From Bacteroidota bacterium (GTDB lineage Bacteria > Bacteroidota > Rhodothermia > Rhodothermales > JANQRZ01), in the NCBI GenBank assembly GCA_038746285.1, contig JBCDKT010000001.1, forward strand, positions 123,757 through 187,756: a stretch of DNA of 64,000 bases. Reading direction: 5' to 3'. Below the pieces are notes generated by a model. That model worked only from the letters and a program-made list of their open reading frames with translations. It had not been told where the DNA came from and ran no database searches. The position numbers were made by a program, and so were the translations under genes. Positions 44,896 to 52,884 of this stretch are shown here, piece after piece. The stretch's first letter is position 1. Each line of letters begins with the position of its first letter.

Positions 44896-47742
44896 ATGCG
44901 TGTACTTTCTTTTCTTCTCGTTCTCGTTCTGGCGACTCCGCTTCTTCGCGCCCAGCCCTTCCAGGGCCTCGGCGACCTGCCGGGCGGGATCTTCCAAAGC
45001 CAAGCCTTCGCCGTCTCGGCCGACGGCTCCGTCGTCGGCGGGAATAGCGTGAGCGGCGACTTCAACGAGGCGTTCCGGTGGACGGCGAGTGGCGGCATGG
45101 AGGGCATCGGCTGGCTGCCGGAATTCGAGGCGGGTAGCTCGGTGGTGGGCGCGTCGGCCGACGGGGATGTGCTCGTCGGTTGGAGCTATGCAGGCTTTTT
45201 TGACGGCTTCCGCTGGACCGCCGATGGCGGGATGCAGGACCTGTTCGGTTCCTCTGTCAGCAGCGCCGACGGGGTCTCGTCTGACGGGAGCGTTGTCGTC
45301 GGCTCCGTCCTATCAAACGACAATGTAGGCGAGGCCTTCCGCTGGACGGCGGGCGGCGTGACGTACCTCGGCACCCTGGGTGGCGAGTCCCCTTACTCCC
45401 AAGCCCACGGCGTCTCGGCCGACGGCACCGTCGTCGTCGGGGTCTCAACAAACGCCGACGAAAACATCGAGGCCTTCCGCTGGACGGCGAGCGGAGGCAT
45501 GGTCGGGCTTGGGGTAGGTGATTTCCCGGACGGTGCCAACAGGAGCCAAGCGGTTGCCGTCTCGGCCGACGGCACCGTCGTCGTGGGGGGCACCGGGGTG
45601 TCCACCATCCAAGAAGCCTTCCGCTGGACAGCGAGCGAGGGAATCGTCGGGCTGGGCGATCTTCCAGGAGGAAACTTCTTCAGCATCGCGTATGCGGTGT
45701 CGGCCGACGGTACCGTCGTCGTTGGCTATGGCACCACCGGGTCAGGCTTCACTGGCCGCGAGGCCTTCATCTGGACGGAGGCGGACGGCATGCGCTTGCT
45801 GCAGACGGTGCTCGAAGAGCAGGACGTCGACCTCAGCGGCTGGACGCTCAGGGAGGCCACCGGCATCTCGGCCGATGGCACCGTCATCGTCGGCTACGGC
45901 GTCAACCCCAATGGAAACCTCGAGGCCTGGCGCGCCGACCTGAGCCCCACGGCGCGGTGGGTCGCGCCGGCCGCCGGCTTCTTCAACGAGCCTGCGCGGT
46001 GGTCCATCGAGGACATCCCGGACGAGAAGCACGCCCTCATCTTCGAGGCCTACGCCGCCTCGCCCTACACCGTCACCTTCGTCCAGAACCAGACGGCTCG
46101 CGCGCTGACGGTCGATTCCACCTCGGTCCGCTTCGACCTCGGCAGCGCCACGCTGAGGCTCGGTGAGACGACCGGGCGTCCCCTCCGCGTCGGCGTCGAG
46201 GCCGATAGCCCCAGCGCCCTCGCGCTGGAGGGGGGCACGCTGGCCGCCGAGACGGGGAGCATCGGCGTGGCCTCGGGCAGCGACGGCGTCCTGACGCTGG
46301 GGGCGTCCGGAGACGCGGCCTCCCTGAGCCTCGATGGGAGCCTTGGCGTGGGCGACGAAGGTCGGGGCCGCGTCGAGGTGTTGAATGGCAGCACCGTCAC
46401 CATCCGGAATAGCTTGGGGATCGGCTTGTCCGACGGGAGCACCGGCACCCTCACGGTCGGCGACGCCGGACAGCTCCAGGTCACGGACAATCCCTCGGCC
46501 GCATGGATCGGGCTGGGGGGCACGGGCACTCTGGTGGTCAACGGCAGCGCCTCGTTCCTCGGAACGGTCGACGTCGGGCGCGGAGCCCTGAGCGACGGCA
46601 CGTGGACGCTTTCGTCCGCCTCGGGCGAGGCGTCGGCCATCACCCACGACCTGCTGCAGGTCGGCGTCTCCGGTACCGGCGGCCTCGAGGTCCTGGACGG
46701 GGCCACCCTCGTCAGTACGCGGGTGGCGCTCGGGGTCAACCAGGGCAGCCTCGGTACGGCCCTCATCCGCGGGCCGGGAGCGCGGTGGGACGTCTCCGTC
46801 TCGACTCGGATCGGGGTGGACGGCGCGGCGCTCCTCCAGGTCCAGGACGGAGCTACGGTGTGCATCGAAACCGCCGGCTTTGACATCGGCGAGCAGGGGC
46901 GGGTCGAGACGGACGGTACGGTTCGGCTCACCGAGTCCGGCTGCTCGTTCGCCGCCACATCCGGGGGGAGCGCGCGGTCCGGCGGCGCCGTGCTCGCCGC
47001 CCCCGGCCTCACGCTCGCCGAAGGGGCTGAGCTGCAGGCCGACGCGGTGATCCTCGGCGAGGGCGGCGTCCTCGGCGGCAGCGGCACGCTCGCCCTGCCG
47101 ATCACGAATGCGGGCACGCTCGCGCCCGGCGGCACCGACTCGACCGGCGTCTTCACGCTCTCGAACGACTACGTGCAGGCCGCCGAGGGAGCGCTCGCCA
47201 TCGAGTTCGGCGGCACCACGGCCGGAAGCGGCTACGACCGACTCGCCGTGACGGGCGAGGCGGCGCTCGGCGGCACGCTGAGGCTGGTGCGCCTCGTCGG
47301 CTACACCCCGATGGTCGGGGAGGCGTACACGCTGCTGACGGCGGCCGCCCTCACCGGCACGTTCGACGCGGTCGAGGGCCCCCCCGATGTCGAGCTCGAC
47401 GTGCGCTACACCGCGACGGCGGTGACGGCGACGGTGACGGCGGTGACGGTGTCGAATGAACCCGACGCGGCGCGCCCCGACGGCTTCGCCCTCCACGCCG
47501 CCTACCCCAACCCCTTCGACGCCGAAACGGTCGTGTCGTTCGACGTGCCGGAGGCGAGTCGGGTGACGGTGGCGGTCTTCGACGTGCTCGGGCGCGAGGC
47601 CGCGCGGCTCGTGGACGGCGAGGTCGCGGCGGGTCGCTACGAGGTGGCGCTCGACGGGCGGGACTTGCCGAGCGGGGTGTACGTGGTGCGGATGACGGCG
47701 GCGGGCTTCGCCCGGGCGCGCCGCGTGACCCTCCTGCACTGA
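44896..47742 (+). CDS. HAF-family extracellular repeat + beta-helical repeat protein with T9SS C-terminal sorting domain
   Basis: Signal 'MRVLSFLLVLVLATPLLRAQ'. About 7 HAF-type repeats ('SQAFAVSADGSVVGG...EAFRWTASGGMEGIG'). Then passenger-like 'GTLTV/GTLVVNGSA/GTLAPGG' units. CTD 'YPNPFDAETVVSFDVPEASRVTVAVFDVLGREAARL...GVYVVRMTAAGFARARRVTLLH'. Confidence 0.85.
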   Translation: MRVLSFLLVLVLATPLLRAQPFQGLGDLPGGIFQSQAFAVSADGSVVGGNSVSGDFNEAFRWTASGGMEGIGWLPEFEAGSSVVGASADGDVLVGWSYAGFFDGFRWTADGGMQDLFGSSVSSADGVSSDGSVVVGSVLSNDNVGEAFRWTAGGVTYLGTLGGESPYSQAHGVSADGTVVVGVSTNADENIEAFRWTASGGMVGLGVGDFPDGANRSQAVAVSADGTVVVGGTGVSTIQEAFRWTASEGIVGLGDLPGGNFFSIAYAVSADGTVVVGYGTTGSGFTGREAFIWTEADGMRLLQTVLEEQDVDLSGWTLREATGISADGTVIVGYGVNPNGNLEAWRADLSPTARWVAPAAGFFNEPARWSIEDIPDEKHALIFEAYAASPYTVTFVQNQTARALTVDSTSVRFDLGSATLRLGETTGRPLRVGVEADSPSALALEGGTLAAETGSIGVASGSDGVLTLGASGDAASLSLDGSLGVGDEGRGRVEVLNGSTVTIRNSLGIGLSDGSTGTLTVGDAGQLQVTDNPSAAWIGLGGTGTLVVNGSASFLGTVDVGRGALSDGTWTLSSASGEASAITHDLLQVGVSGTGGLEVLDGATLVSTRVALGVNQGSLGTALIRGPGARWDVSVSTRIGVDGAALLQVQDGATVCIETAGFDIGEQGRVETDGTVRLTESGCSFAATSGGSARSGGAVLAAPGLTLAEGAELQADAVILGEGGVLGGSGTLALPITNAGTLAPGGTDSTGVFTLSNDYVQAAEGALAIEFGGTTAGSGYDRLAVTGEAALGGTLRLVRLVGYTPMVGEAYTLLTAAALTGTFDAVEGPPDVELDVRYTATAVTATVTAVTVSNEPDAARPDGFALHAAYPNPFDAETVVSFDVPEASRVTVAVFDVLGREAARLVDGEVAAGRYEVALDGRDLPSGVYVVRMTAAGFARARRVTLLH
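47503..47742 (+). repeat. CTD-coding module, near-identical at DNA level to 44606-44845 and closely related to 42411-42650
   Basis: By hand alignment, the last 108 nt of the genes ending at 44845 and 47742 differ at 7 positions. The other CTDs in the window are much more divergent. Confidence 0.85.
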
Positions 47743-47750
47743 CCGTCATT

Positions 47751-47787
47751 GCGGGGTCTGAGCCAGCGTGCTTCGCTCAGGCCCCGC
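47751..47787. terminator. Bidirectional stem-loop between convergent genes (overlaps the kinase stop codon)
   Basis: GCGGGGTCTGAGC / GCTCAGGCCCCGC, a 13-bp stem with one G.U/mismatch and an 11-nt loop. Lies between the stop at 47742 (+) and the stop at 47777-47779 (-). Confidence 0.5.
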
Positions 47788-50425
47788 CCGCGGTGCGCCG
47801 CAGCGCCTCGGACACGGCGTCGAGCCGGGCCTGCGCGTCCTGCGTCGCTTCGGCGTCCGCCCCCCGACTGGCCGTGAGGACCTCGACGCTGAACCGGAGA
47901 TGGCCCCCGGCCTCGTCGTAGCGCCCCTGCGCGGCGAGGGCCGCGCCGAGGTTGCGCCGGGCCACCGCCACCCGCCAGTGGCCGGCCCCGAGTTCGGCGC
48001 TGAGCCGGTCCATGGCCGGGCGGAGGAGGCGCTCCGCCTCTCGGGCCCGGCCGGCATCGGCGAGGCTGAGGCCGAGGCTGGAGGCGAAGATGAGCGTGTA
48101 GATGTGCTCCGCGCCGAGCGTCTCGAGCGCGGCCGCGTGGGCGGACGCGAGCCGGCCGGCGGCGGCCTCGTACGCCTCCACCTCGTGGAGCATCAGCCCG
48201 TAGTTGTGGACGGTGATCGCCACATTCGGGTGCAGCGGGCCCAGCCGGAGGCTGTCGGCGCGGATCACCCGCCGGTAGAGCGAGTCCGCGACGGCGTGCT
48301 GGTCCCACTCGTCGTAGAGGGTGGCGAGGTTGTTCAGGACGAGGCTCACGCTGGGGTGGTCCTTGCCGTACGCGCCCCGGTTGATGGCGAGGGCCTCGGC
48401 AAAAAGCGGCTCGGCCTCGGCGAGCCGGCCGCCGTACTGCAGCACCGACCCGAGACTGTTCAGGCTCGACGCGAGGTGCGGGTGGCGGTCCCCGCGAAGC
48501 GTGCGCAGGAGGTCGATAGACTCGCGGAGGAGGGCCTCGGCCTCGTCCAGGTCGTCGGACTCGAAGACGAGGACGGCGAGGCTGCCGAGGGTTTCGGCCA
48601 GCCGGGCGTCGGCGGTGCCCGGCCCGGCCCGGTACGCGGCGATGGCCTCGCGGAAGTGCGCGTCGGCCGCGCCCAGGTCGCCCTGCTTGTGCTGCGAGAT
48701 GGCGAGGTCGTTGAGGGCCTGGGCGAGGGCCGGGTCGGCCTCGGCGTGGAGCCGCCGGCGCAGGGCCACCGCCTCCCGGTGCAGCGCCACGGCGCGGTCG
48801 GGCTCGCCCCGGTCGCGCGCGAGCCGGCCCCGCAGCTCCAGCGTGCTCACCACGTCGGCGTGGAGGCTGTCGGGGTAGCGGGCCTGCCGCAGTTCGAACG
48901 CTTCGGCCAGGAGGTGCCCGGCGCGGTCGTGCTCGGCCATGTTGAGGTAGACGTGCCCGAGCGCGTGGAGGAGGTGGGCGCGGACGTCGGGCGCGTAGCC
49001 GGAGGCGTCGCCGAGGCGCTCCTCGGCCCGGCCCAGCACCTCGTACACGTTCAGCGTGTCGCCCTGCGCCAGCATCGGGTCGGCCTCGCCGAGTAGTTCG
49101 GTCAGGAGGACGACGACCTCCTGCTTCTGGGCCAGCTCGCGCGCGGCCCGGTCGCGCTCGCGCGCCGTGGCCCGCTGCTGGAGCGAGACCGCGACGAGCG
49201 CGCCGACGAGCAGCGCGACGAACGCCGCCGCCGCCGCCACCCCGACCCGGTGCCGCCGCACGAACGAGCGCGCCCGGTAGGCCACGCTCTCCGGCCGCGC
49301 CTGCACCGGCAGGCCCCGGCGGTGGCGGCGCACGTCGTCGAGGAAGGCCTCGACGGACGGGTAGCGCCGGTCGGGGTCGTCGCGCAGCGCCTTGAGCGCG
49401 ATCAGGTCGAGGTCGCCGCGCAGGCGGCGGCGCAGCCGGTCGGCTGTCGTACCGTGCGCCTCGGCTGCCGCGTCGGTCACGCGCTCGCTCGGGGGCGCGA
49501 GCCGGTCCCGCTCGGCGCGGTCGCCCGTCAGCAGCTCGAAGAGGAGCACCCCGAGGGCGTACACGTCGGTCGCGGTCGTGACGGGCTCCCCGCGTCGCTG
49601 CTCCGGCGCGGCGTAGGCCGGCGTCAGCAGGCGCAGCCCGGTCTGGGTTTGCAAGCCGTCGCCGTCCGTCTCCGGGTCGAGGAGCTTGGCGATCCCGAAG
49701 TCGAGCAGCTTGACCCGCGGCTCCCCGCGGTCGTTCTCGGCCGCGAGGACGTTCGACGGCTTGAGGTCGCGGTGGACGACGAGCCGGCGGTGGGCGTGCT
49801 GCACCGCCTCGCCGGTCTGCGCGAAGAGCGCGAGCCGGGCCTCGACCCCGAGCCGGGTGCGGTCGGCGTAGGCCGTCACCGGCTCGCCCTCGACGTACTC
49901 CATCACGAGGTACGGGCGGCCGTCCTCGGTCGCGCCGCCGTCGAGCAGGCGAGCGATGCCGGGGTGGTCGAGGCTGGCCAGCACCTGGCGCTCGCGGCGG
50001 AAGCGGGCGAGGACGTCGTCCGTGTCCAGCCCGCGCCGGACCACCTTGAGGGCGACGGTCTTATCGAAGGTGCCGTCGGCGCGCTCGGCGCGGTAGACGG
50101 TCCCCATCCCGCCGCGCCCGAGCACGCCGGAGATGCGGTAGGGGCCGAGCGCAGCGCCCGGCGCGAGGTCGCCCGCAGCCTCTGCTGCCGCGAGGGCGTT
50201 GCGCAGCCCCGGCAGCAGCGGCGCCGCGTAGTGCGTGGCCGACTCGCCGAGCGTGTCCTCGGCCGCCGCCGCCGCGTCGAGGAGGGCGACGACCTCGGCG
50301 TAGAGCGCCCGGTCGCCTCCGCAGCGGGCACGGAGGAAAGCCGTGCGCTCGTCGGGCGGCCGGTCCAGCGCCTCGGCGAGGAGAGCGTCGAGGCGCTGCC
50401 AGCGTTCGAGTGGAGGCAGGTTCAT
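47777..50425 (-). CDS. Ser/Thr protein kinase with transmembrane helix and C-terminal TPR array (second copy)
   Basis: ATG at 50425 ('MNLPPLERWQRLDALLAEAL'). Kinase motifs 'GRGGMGTVYRA', 'VALKVV', 'HRDLKPSNVL', 'DFGIAK', 'TPAYAAPEQ'. TM 'VGVAAAAAFVALLVGALVAV'. TPR array. Same architecture as 11692-14553. Confidence 0.9.
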   Translation of the reverse strand: MNLPPLERWQRLDALLAEALDRPPDERTAFLRARCGGDRALYAEVVALLDAAAAAEDTLGESATHYAAPLLPGLRNALAAAEAAGDLAPGAALGPYRISGVLGRGGMGTVYRAERADGTFDKTVALKVVRRGLDTDDVLARFRRERQVLASLDHPGIARLLDGGATEDGRPYLVMEYVEGEPVTAYADRTRLGVEARLALFAQTGEAVQHAHRRLVVHRDLKPSNVLAAENDRGEPRVKLLDFGIAKLLDPETDGDGLQTQTGLRLLTPAYAAPEQRRGEPVTTATDVYALGVLLFELLTGDRAERDRLAPPSERVTDAAAEAHGTTADRLRRRLRGDLDLIALKALRDDPDRRYPSVEAFLDDVRRHRRGLPVQARPESVAYRARSFVRRHRVGVAAAAAFVALLVGALVAVSLQQRATARERDRAARELAQKQEVVVLLTELLGEADPMLAQGDTLNVYEVLGRAEERLGDASGYAPDVRAHLLHALGHVYLNMAEHDRAGHLLAEAFELRQARYPDSLHADVVSTLELRGRLARDRGEPDRAVALHREAVALRRRLHAEADPALAQALNDLAISQHKQGDLGAADAHFREAIAAYRAGPGTADARLAETLGSLAVLVFESDDLDEAEALLRESIDLLRTLRGDRHPHLASSLNSLGSVLQYGGRLAEAEPLFAEALAINRGAYGKDHPSVSLVLNNLATLYDEWDQHAVADSLYRRVIRADSLRLGPLHPNVAITVHNYGLMLHEVEAYEAAAGRLASAHAAALETLGAEHIYTLIFASSLGLSLADAGRAREAERLLRPAMDRLSAELGAGHWRVAVARRNLGAALAAQGRYDEAGGHLRFSVEVLTASRGADAEATQDAQARLDAVSEALRRTAGGA

Positions 50426-50440
50426 AGCAGCGGCGGTGTG

Positions 50441-50475
50441 TCTCTCCTTTCGTAAAAACGACGCCCGGCGTATCA
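50441..50475 (-). promoter_or_regulatory. ECF-type promoter-like motif TGATAC-N17-CGAAAGGAGAGA upstream of the kinase gene
   Basis: The minus strand reads TGATAC GCCGGGCGTCGTTTTTA CGAAAGGAGAGA. The TGA of TGATAC is the sigma-factor stop codon (50473-50475). The kinase ATG lies 15 nt after the motif. Confidence 0.45.
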
Positions 50476-51060
50476 GCCGCCCGCGTCGGCGTCCTGCATC
50501 GCGTGGTAGAGCCAGGTCCGGGCGCGCTGCCAGTCGCGCTTGGCCGTCGCCACCGAGCACCCGGCCACCTCGGCGATCTCGTCGTAGGTCAGCCCGCCGA
50601 AGAACCGGTACTCGACGAAGCGGGCGAGGCGCTCGTCGTAGCCCGCGAGACTGTCGAGCGCCCGGTCGAGCGTGAGCAGGTCGGCCGCGCGCTCGGCCGT
50701 AGCGGTGCCGTCGGCGACCTCGAGGCCGTCGAGGCGGAGGTCGGCCTGCGCGCCGCCGCGCTTCTGGGCGGTGCGCGCGCGGGCATAGTCGACGAGGATG
50801 AAGCGCATCGTGCGGGCGGCGAGGGCGAAGAAGTGCGCCCGCCCCTCCCAGCCGGCGCGCTCGCCGTCGACGAGGCGGAGGTAGGCTTCGTGGACGAGCG
50901 CGGTCGTGTTGAGCGTGTCGCCGGGGCGGTGCCCGAGCAGGCGGCCGCGGGCGATCTGCCGAAGCTCGCCGTAGACGTGCGGCCAGAGCGCGTCCAGCGC
51001 CGCACCGTCACCGGCGCGGGCGTCGAGCAAGAGCTGGGTCGTGTCGGGGGACGGTGGCAT
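50473..51060 (-). CDS. ECF-type RNA polymerase sigma factor (kinase-associated, second copy)
   Basis: 'TTQLLLDARAGDGAALDALWPHVYGELRQIARGRL...TALVHEAYLRL' and 'YDERLARFVEYRFFGGLTYDEIAEVAGCSVATAKRDWQRARTWL'. Paralogue of 14575-15147. Confidence 0.88.
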   Translation of the reverse strand: MPPSPDTTQLLLDARAGDGAALDALWPHVYGELRQIARGRLLGHRPGDTLNTTALVHEAYLRLVDGERAGWEGRAHFFALAARTMRFILVDYARARTAQKRGGAQADLRLDGLEVADGTATAERAADLLTLDRALDSLAGYDERLARFVEYRFFGGLTYDEIAEVAGCSVATAKRDWQRARTWLYHAMQDADAGG

Positions 51061-51198
51061 AGGGCAGCCCGGCGTGGACGGTCAAGGTATTGAAAAAAGT
51101 GCAGTGAGATAAAGGAGTACCTAGCAGCGGTTTCTCGGCGATCAGACAGCCCTGTCCGGCCTTCGGAACAGACCGTCTGGGCCCCACTGCTGGGTCGA

Positions 51199-51228
51199 TG
51201 ATCCTCGGCGACGGTTTTTAACGATAAG
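51199..51228 (+). promoter_or_regulatory. Diverged copy of the ECF-type promoter-like motif (TGATCC-N17-CGATAAG) upstream of the lipoprotein gene
   Basis: TGATCC TCGGCGACGGTTTTTAA CGATAAG has the same 17-nt spacing and T-run as the other three copies. It lies 30 nt before the ATG at 51258. The following 'CCAACCCCTCAAGCCCATG' resembles 'CCAACCCCGAACCGTCATG' of the 41.6/42.7 kb leaders. Confidence 0.4.
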
Positions 51229-51257
51229 CAGGCACAGACACCCAACCCCTCAAGCCC

Positions 51258-52604
51258 ATGCCCTGCCTTCGCCAGCTTCGCTCGCCCGTCCTGCTGCTCG
51301 TTGCCGCACTCTGCTTCACAGCCTGCGACGAGGATGCCCCCACGGTCACCGTCGCCGACGTGGACTTCAACTGTGGACGCCCCGAAGTCACGTTCGCCAT
51401 CGACCGAGATGATGAGGAGATTACGAACCTTATCGTCAACTGGGGCCGCAACCACATAGCCATGAACCCGCCCAGCCTCTACGCCAGCGACCCCGTCGGC
51501 CCGGCGTTCGGTGATAGCGAAGATTGGTCCATTCGTGACACCGGTGGGGCGGACGCAAGCCTTCCAGCAGACGAAGACCTGGACGTGTTTCTTCGCTTCG
51601 GCTTTGCCAATGCCCTCCAGAGCATGGAGCAGTTGACGCTGAACCTCCAGGTGCAGTACCGGCGGGCCGGGGAAAGCGTGCAGTCCGTCTTCAGCCAGCG
51701 CGTCGCGATACCGTTCGACGCTGCAGCGGACGCAGCGTGCAACGCTGGCGGGAATGACGACGGAGGCGGTGGTGTCGGCGATCCGCCTATCGTGGATACC
51801 AACCCGGCGACGTGCCCGGACGACGCGGCTTCCGGCGGCGGCCTCGCTGCGCCGGTCTTGGACCCGCTCATGCTGGACGGCCCGCTGGACGGCGAGACCT
51901 GCGCCGGCATCGTGGCCGGTAATGTCGCCATTCCGAACTTCATGTGGCGGCCGGTCGAGGGAGTTGCCGCTACCAGCAAAGCCTACCAGGTAGAGATCCG
52001 CCGTGCTGGCCAGCCCTCGTGCCTCGGCGACTGGTCGGCCGAGACGAGCGCCCACTGGTCGGGCAGTAACGAGAGCTGCATCGTCTTCGACTTCAACACG
52101 GACTCTGCCTCCCAGTCGCTGCTACAAAGCGGGGCCTACGAGTGGCGCGTGCGGGCAAGCTGCACCCGCGAGGACGGTTCTCTTGCCAGTGGGCCGTTCA
52201 CGCCGTTCATGGCCTTCGAAACGGCAGGGCGGCCGGAGAAATTGACCCTGCGAACCCCTGCCGACGGGGCCACCATTTCTACGCTGTCCGGCAATACTTC
52301 CGCCGTGAGCGTGGCCTTCGAATGGCTCCCCGCGGCCTGCGGCCCGGCCACCTACCGCGTGCGCGTCGTGGAATCGTTCGAGGCCCCGGAGGACAGCACA
52401 GAGACCTTCGACTTCCCCAGCACGGCGACCGCAGACGGGCCGGGGCAGCTGGTGACGGTGGACGGTGAGGAGCGGGTTCGCATTACCTCGCTGCCGCTCG
52501 AAGTCGGGCGCGACTTCGTGTGGTGGGTCTACGCCGACACCCCGAACGGACGTACCCCGGTGCTGGGCGCACAGGACCTACGGACGTTCTCCATCGAGGA
52601 CTGA
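51258..52604 (+). CDS. Hypothetical lipoprotein (divergent from the second ECF sigma gene)
   Basis: Lipobox signal 'LLLVAALCFTACDED'. 448 aa, no domain recognised. Cys-containing and beta-rich. Confidence 0.7.
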   Translation: MPCLRQLRSPVLLLVAALCFTACDEDAPTVTVADVDFNCGRPEVTFAIDRDDEEITNLIVNWGRNHIAMNPPSLYASDPVGPAFGDSEDWSIRDTGGADASLPADEDLDVFLRFGFANALQSMEQLTLNLQVQYRRAGESVQSVFSQRVAIPFDAAADAACNAGGNDDGGGGVGDPPIVDTNPATCPDDAASGGGLAAPVLDPLMLDGPLDGETCAGIVAGNVAIPNFMWRPVEGVAATSKAYQVEIRRAGQPSCLGDWSAETSAHWSGSNESCIVFDFNTDSASQSLLQSGAYEWRVRASCTREDGSLASGPFTPFMAFETAGRPEKLTLRTPADGATISTLSGNTSAVSVAFEWLPAACGPATYRVRVVESFEAPEDSTETFDFPSTATADGPGQLVTVDGEERVRITSLPLEVGRDFVWWVYADTPNGRTPVLGAQDLRTFSIED

Positions 52605-52620
52605 ATCCGTCGAGGACTGA

Positions 52621-52781
52621 GAGACTGTTTGGCAAGACGACTTTCGGGCTGCGAGCGGCTGCGCAGGCACGTCGGCGGCGTCGCCTTGCATCGCCGATGC
52701 GGGCGCATCGTCTGCTTCAGGCTCCTGGCCGCCGTCCTGCTCGCTCGCTCTCGCCTTCGGACCTGCTCACCAAACAGTCTC
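52621..52781. repeat. Perfect 12-bp inverted repeat (GAGACTGTTTGG / CCAAACAGTCTC) bracketing about 137 nt of non-coding DNA
   Basis: Arms at 52621-52632 and 52770-52781, read directly. The interior contains a further palindrome, GCATCG-C-CGATGC. Lies in the 280-nt intergenic region 52605-52884. Confidence 0.75.
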
Positions 52782-52801
52782 GGAGCCGTGAGAAACGAAG
52801 C

Positions 52802-52858
52802 GGCGGGGCTGAACCGTTGGGAGCCTGAGCCGTTCGGTTCCCCTCGCTCAGCCCCGCC
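52802..52858. repeat. Perfect 11-bp stem (GGCGGGGCTGA / TCAGCCCCGCC) with nested GAACCG/CGGTTC stem
   Basis: Arms at 52802-52812 and 52848-52858, inner pair at 52811-52816 / 52835-52840. The arm sequences resemble the hairpin at 47751-47787. Confidence 0.75.
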
Positions 52859-52884
52859 CGCGTTCCCCAGGCACTGCCGCCCCG

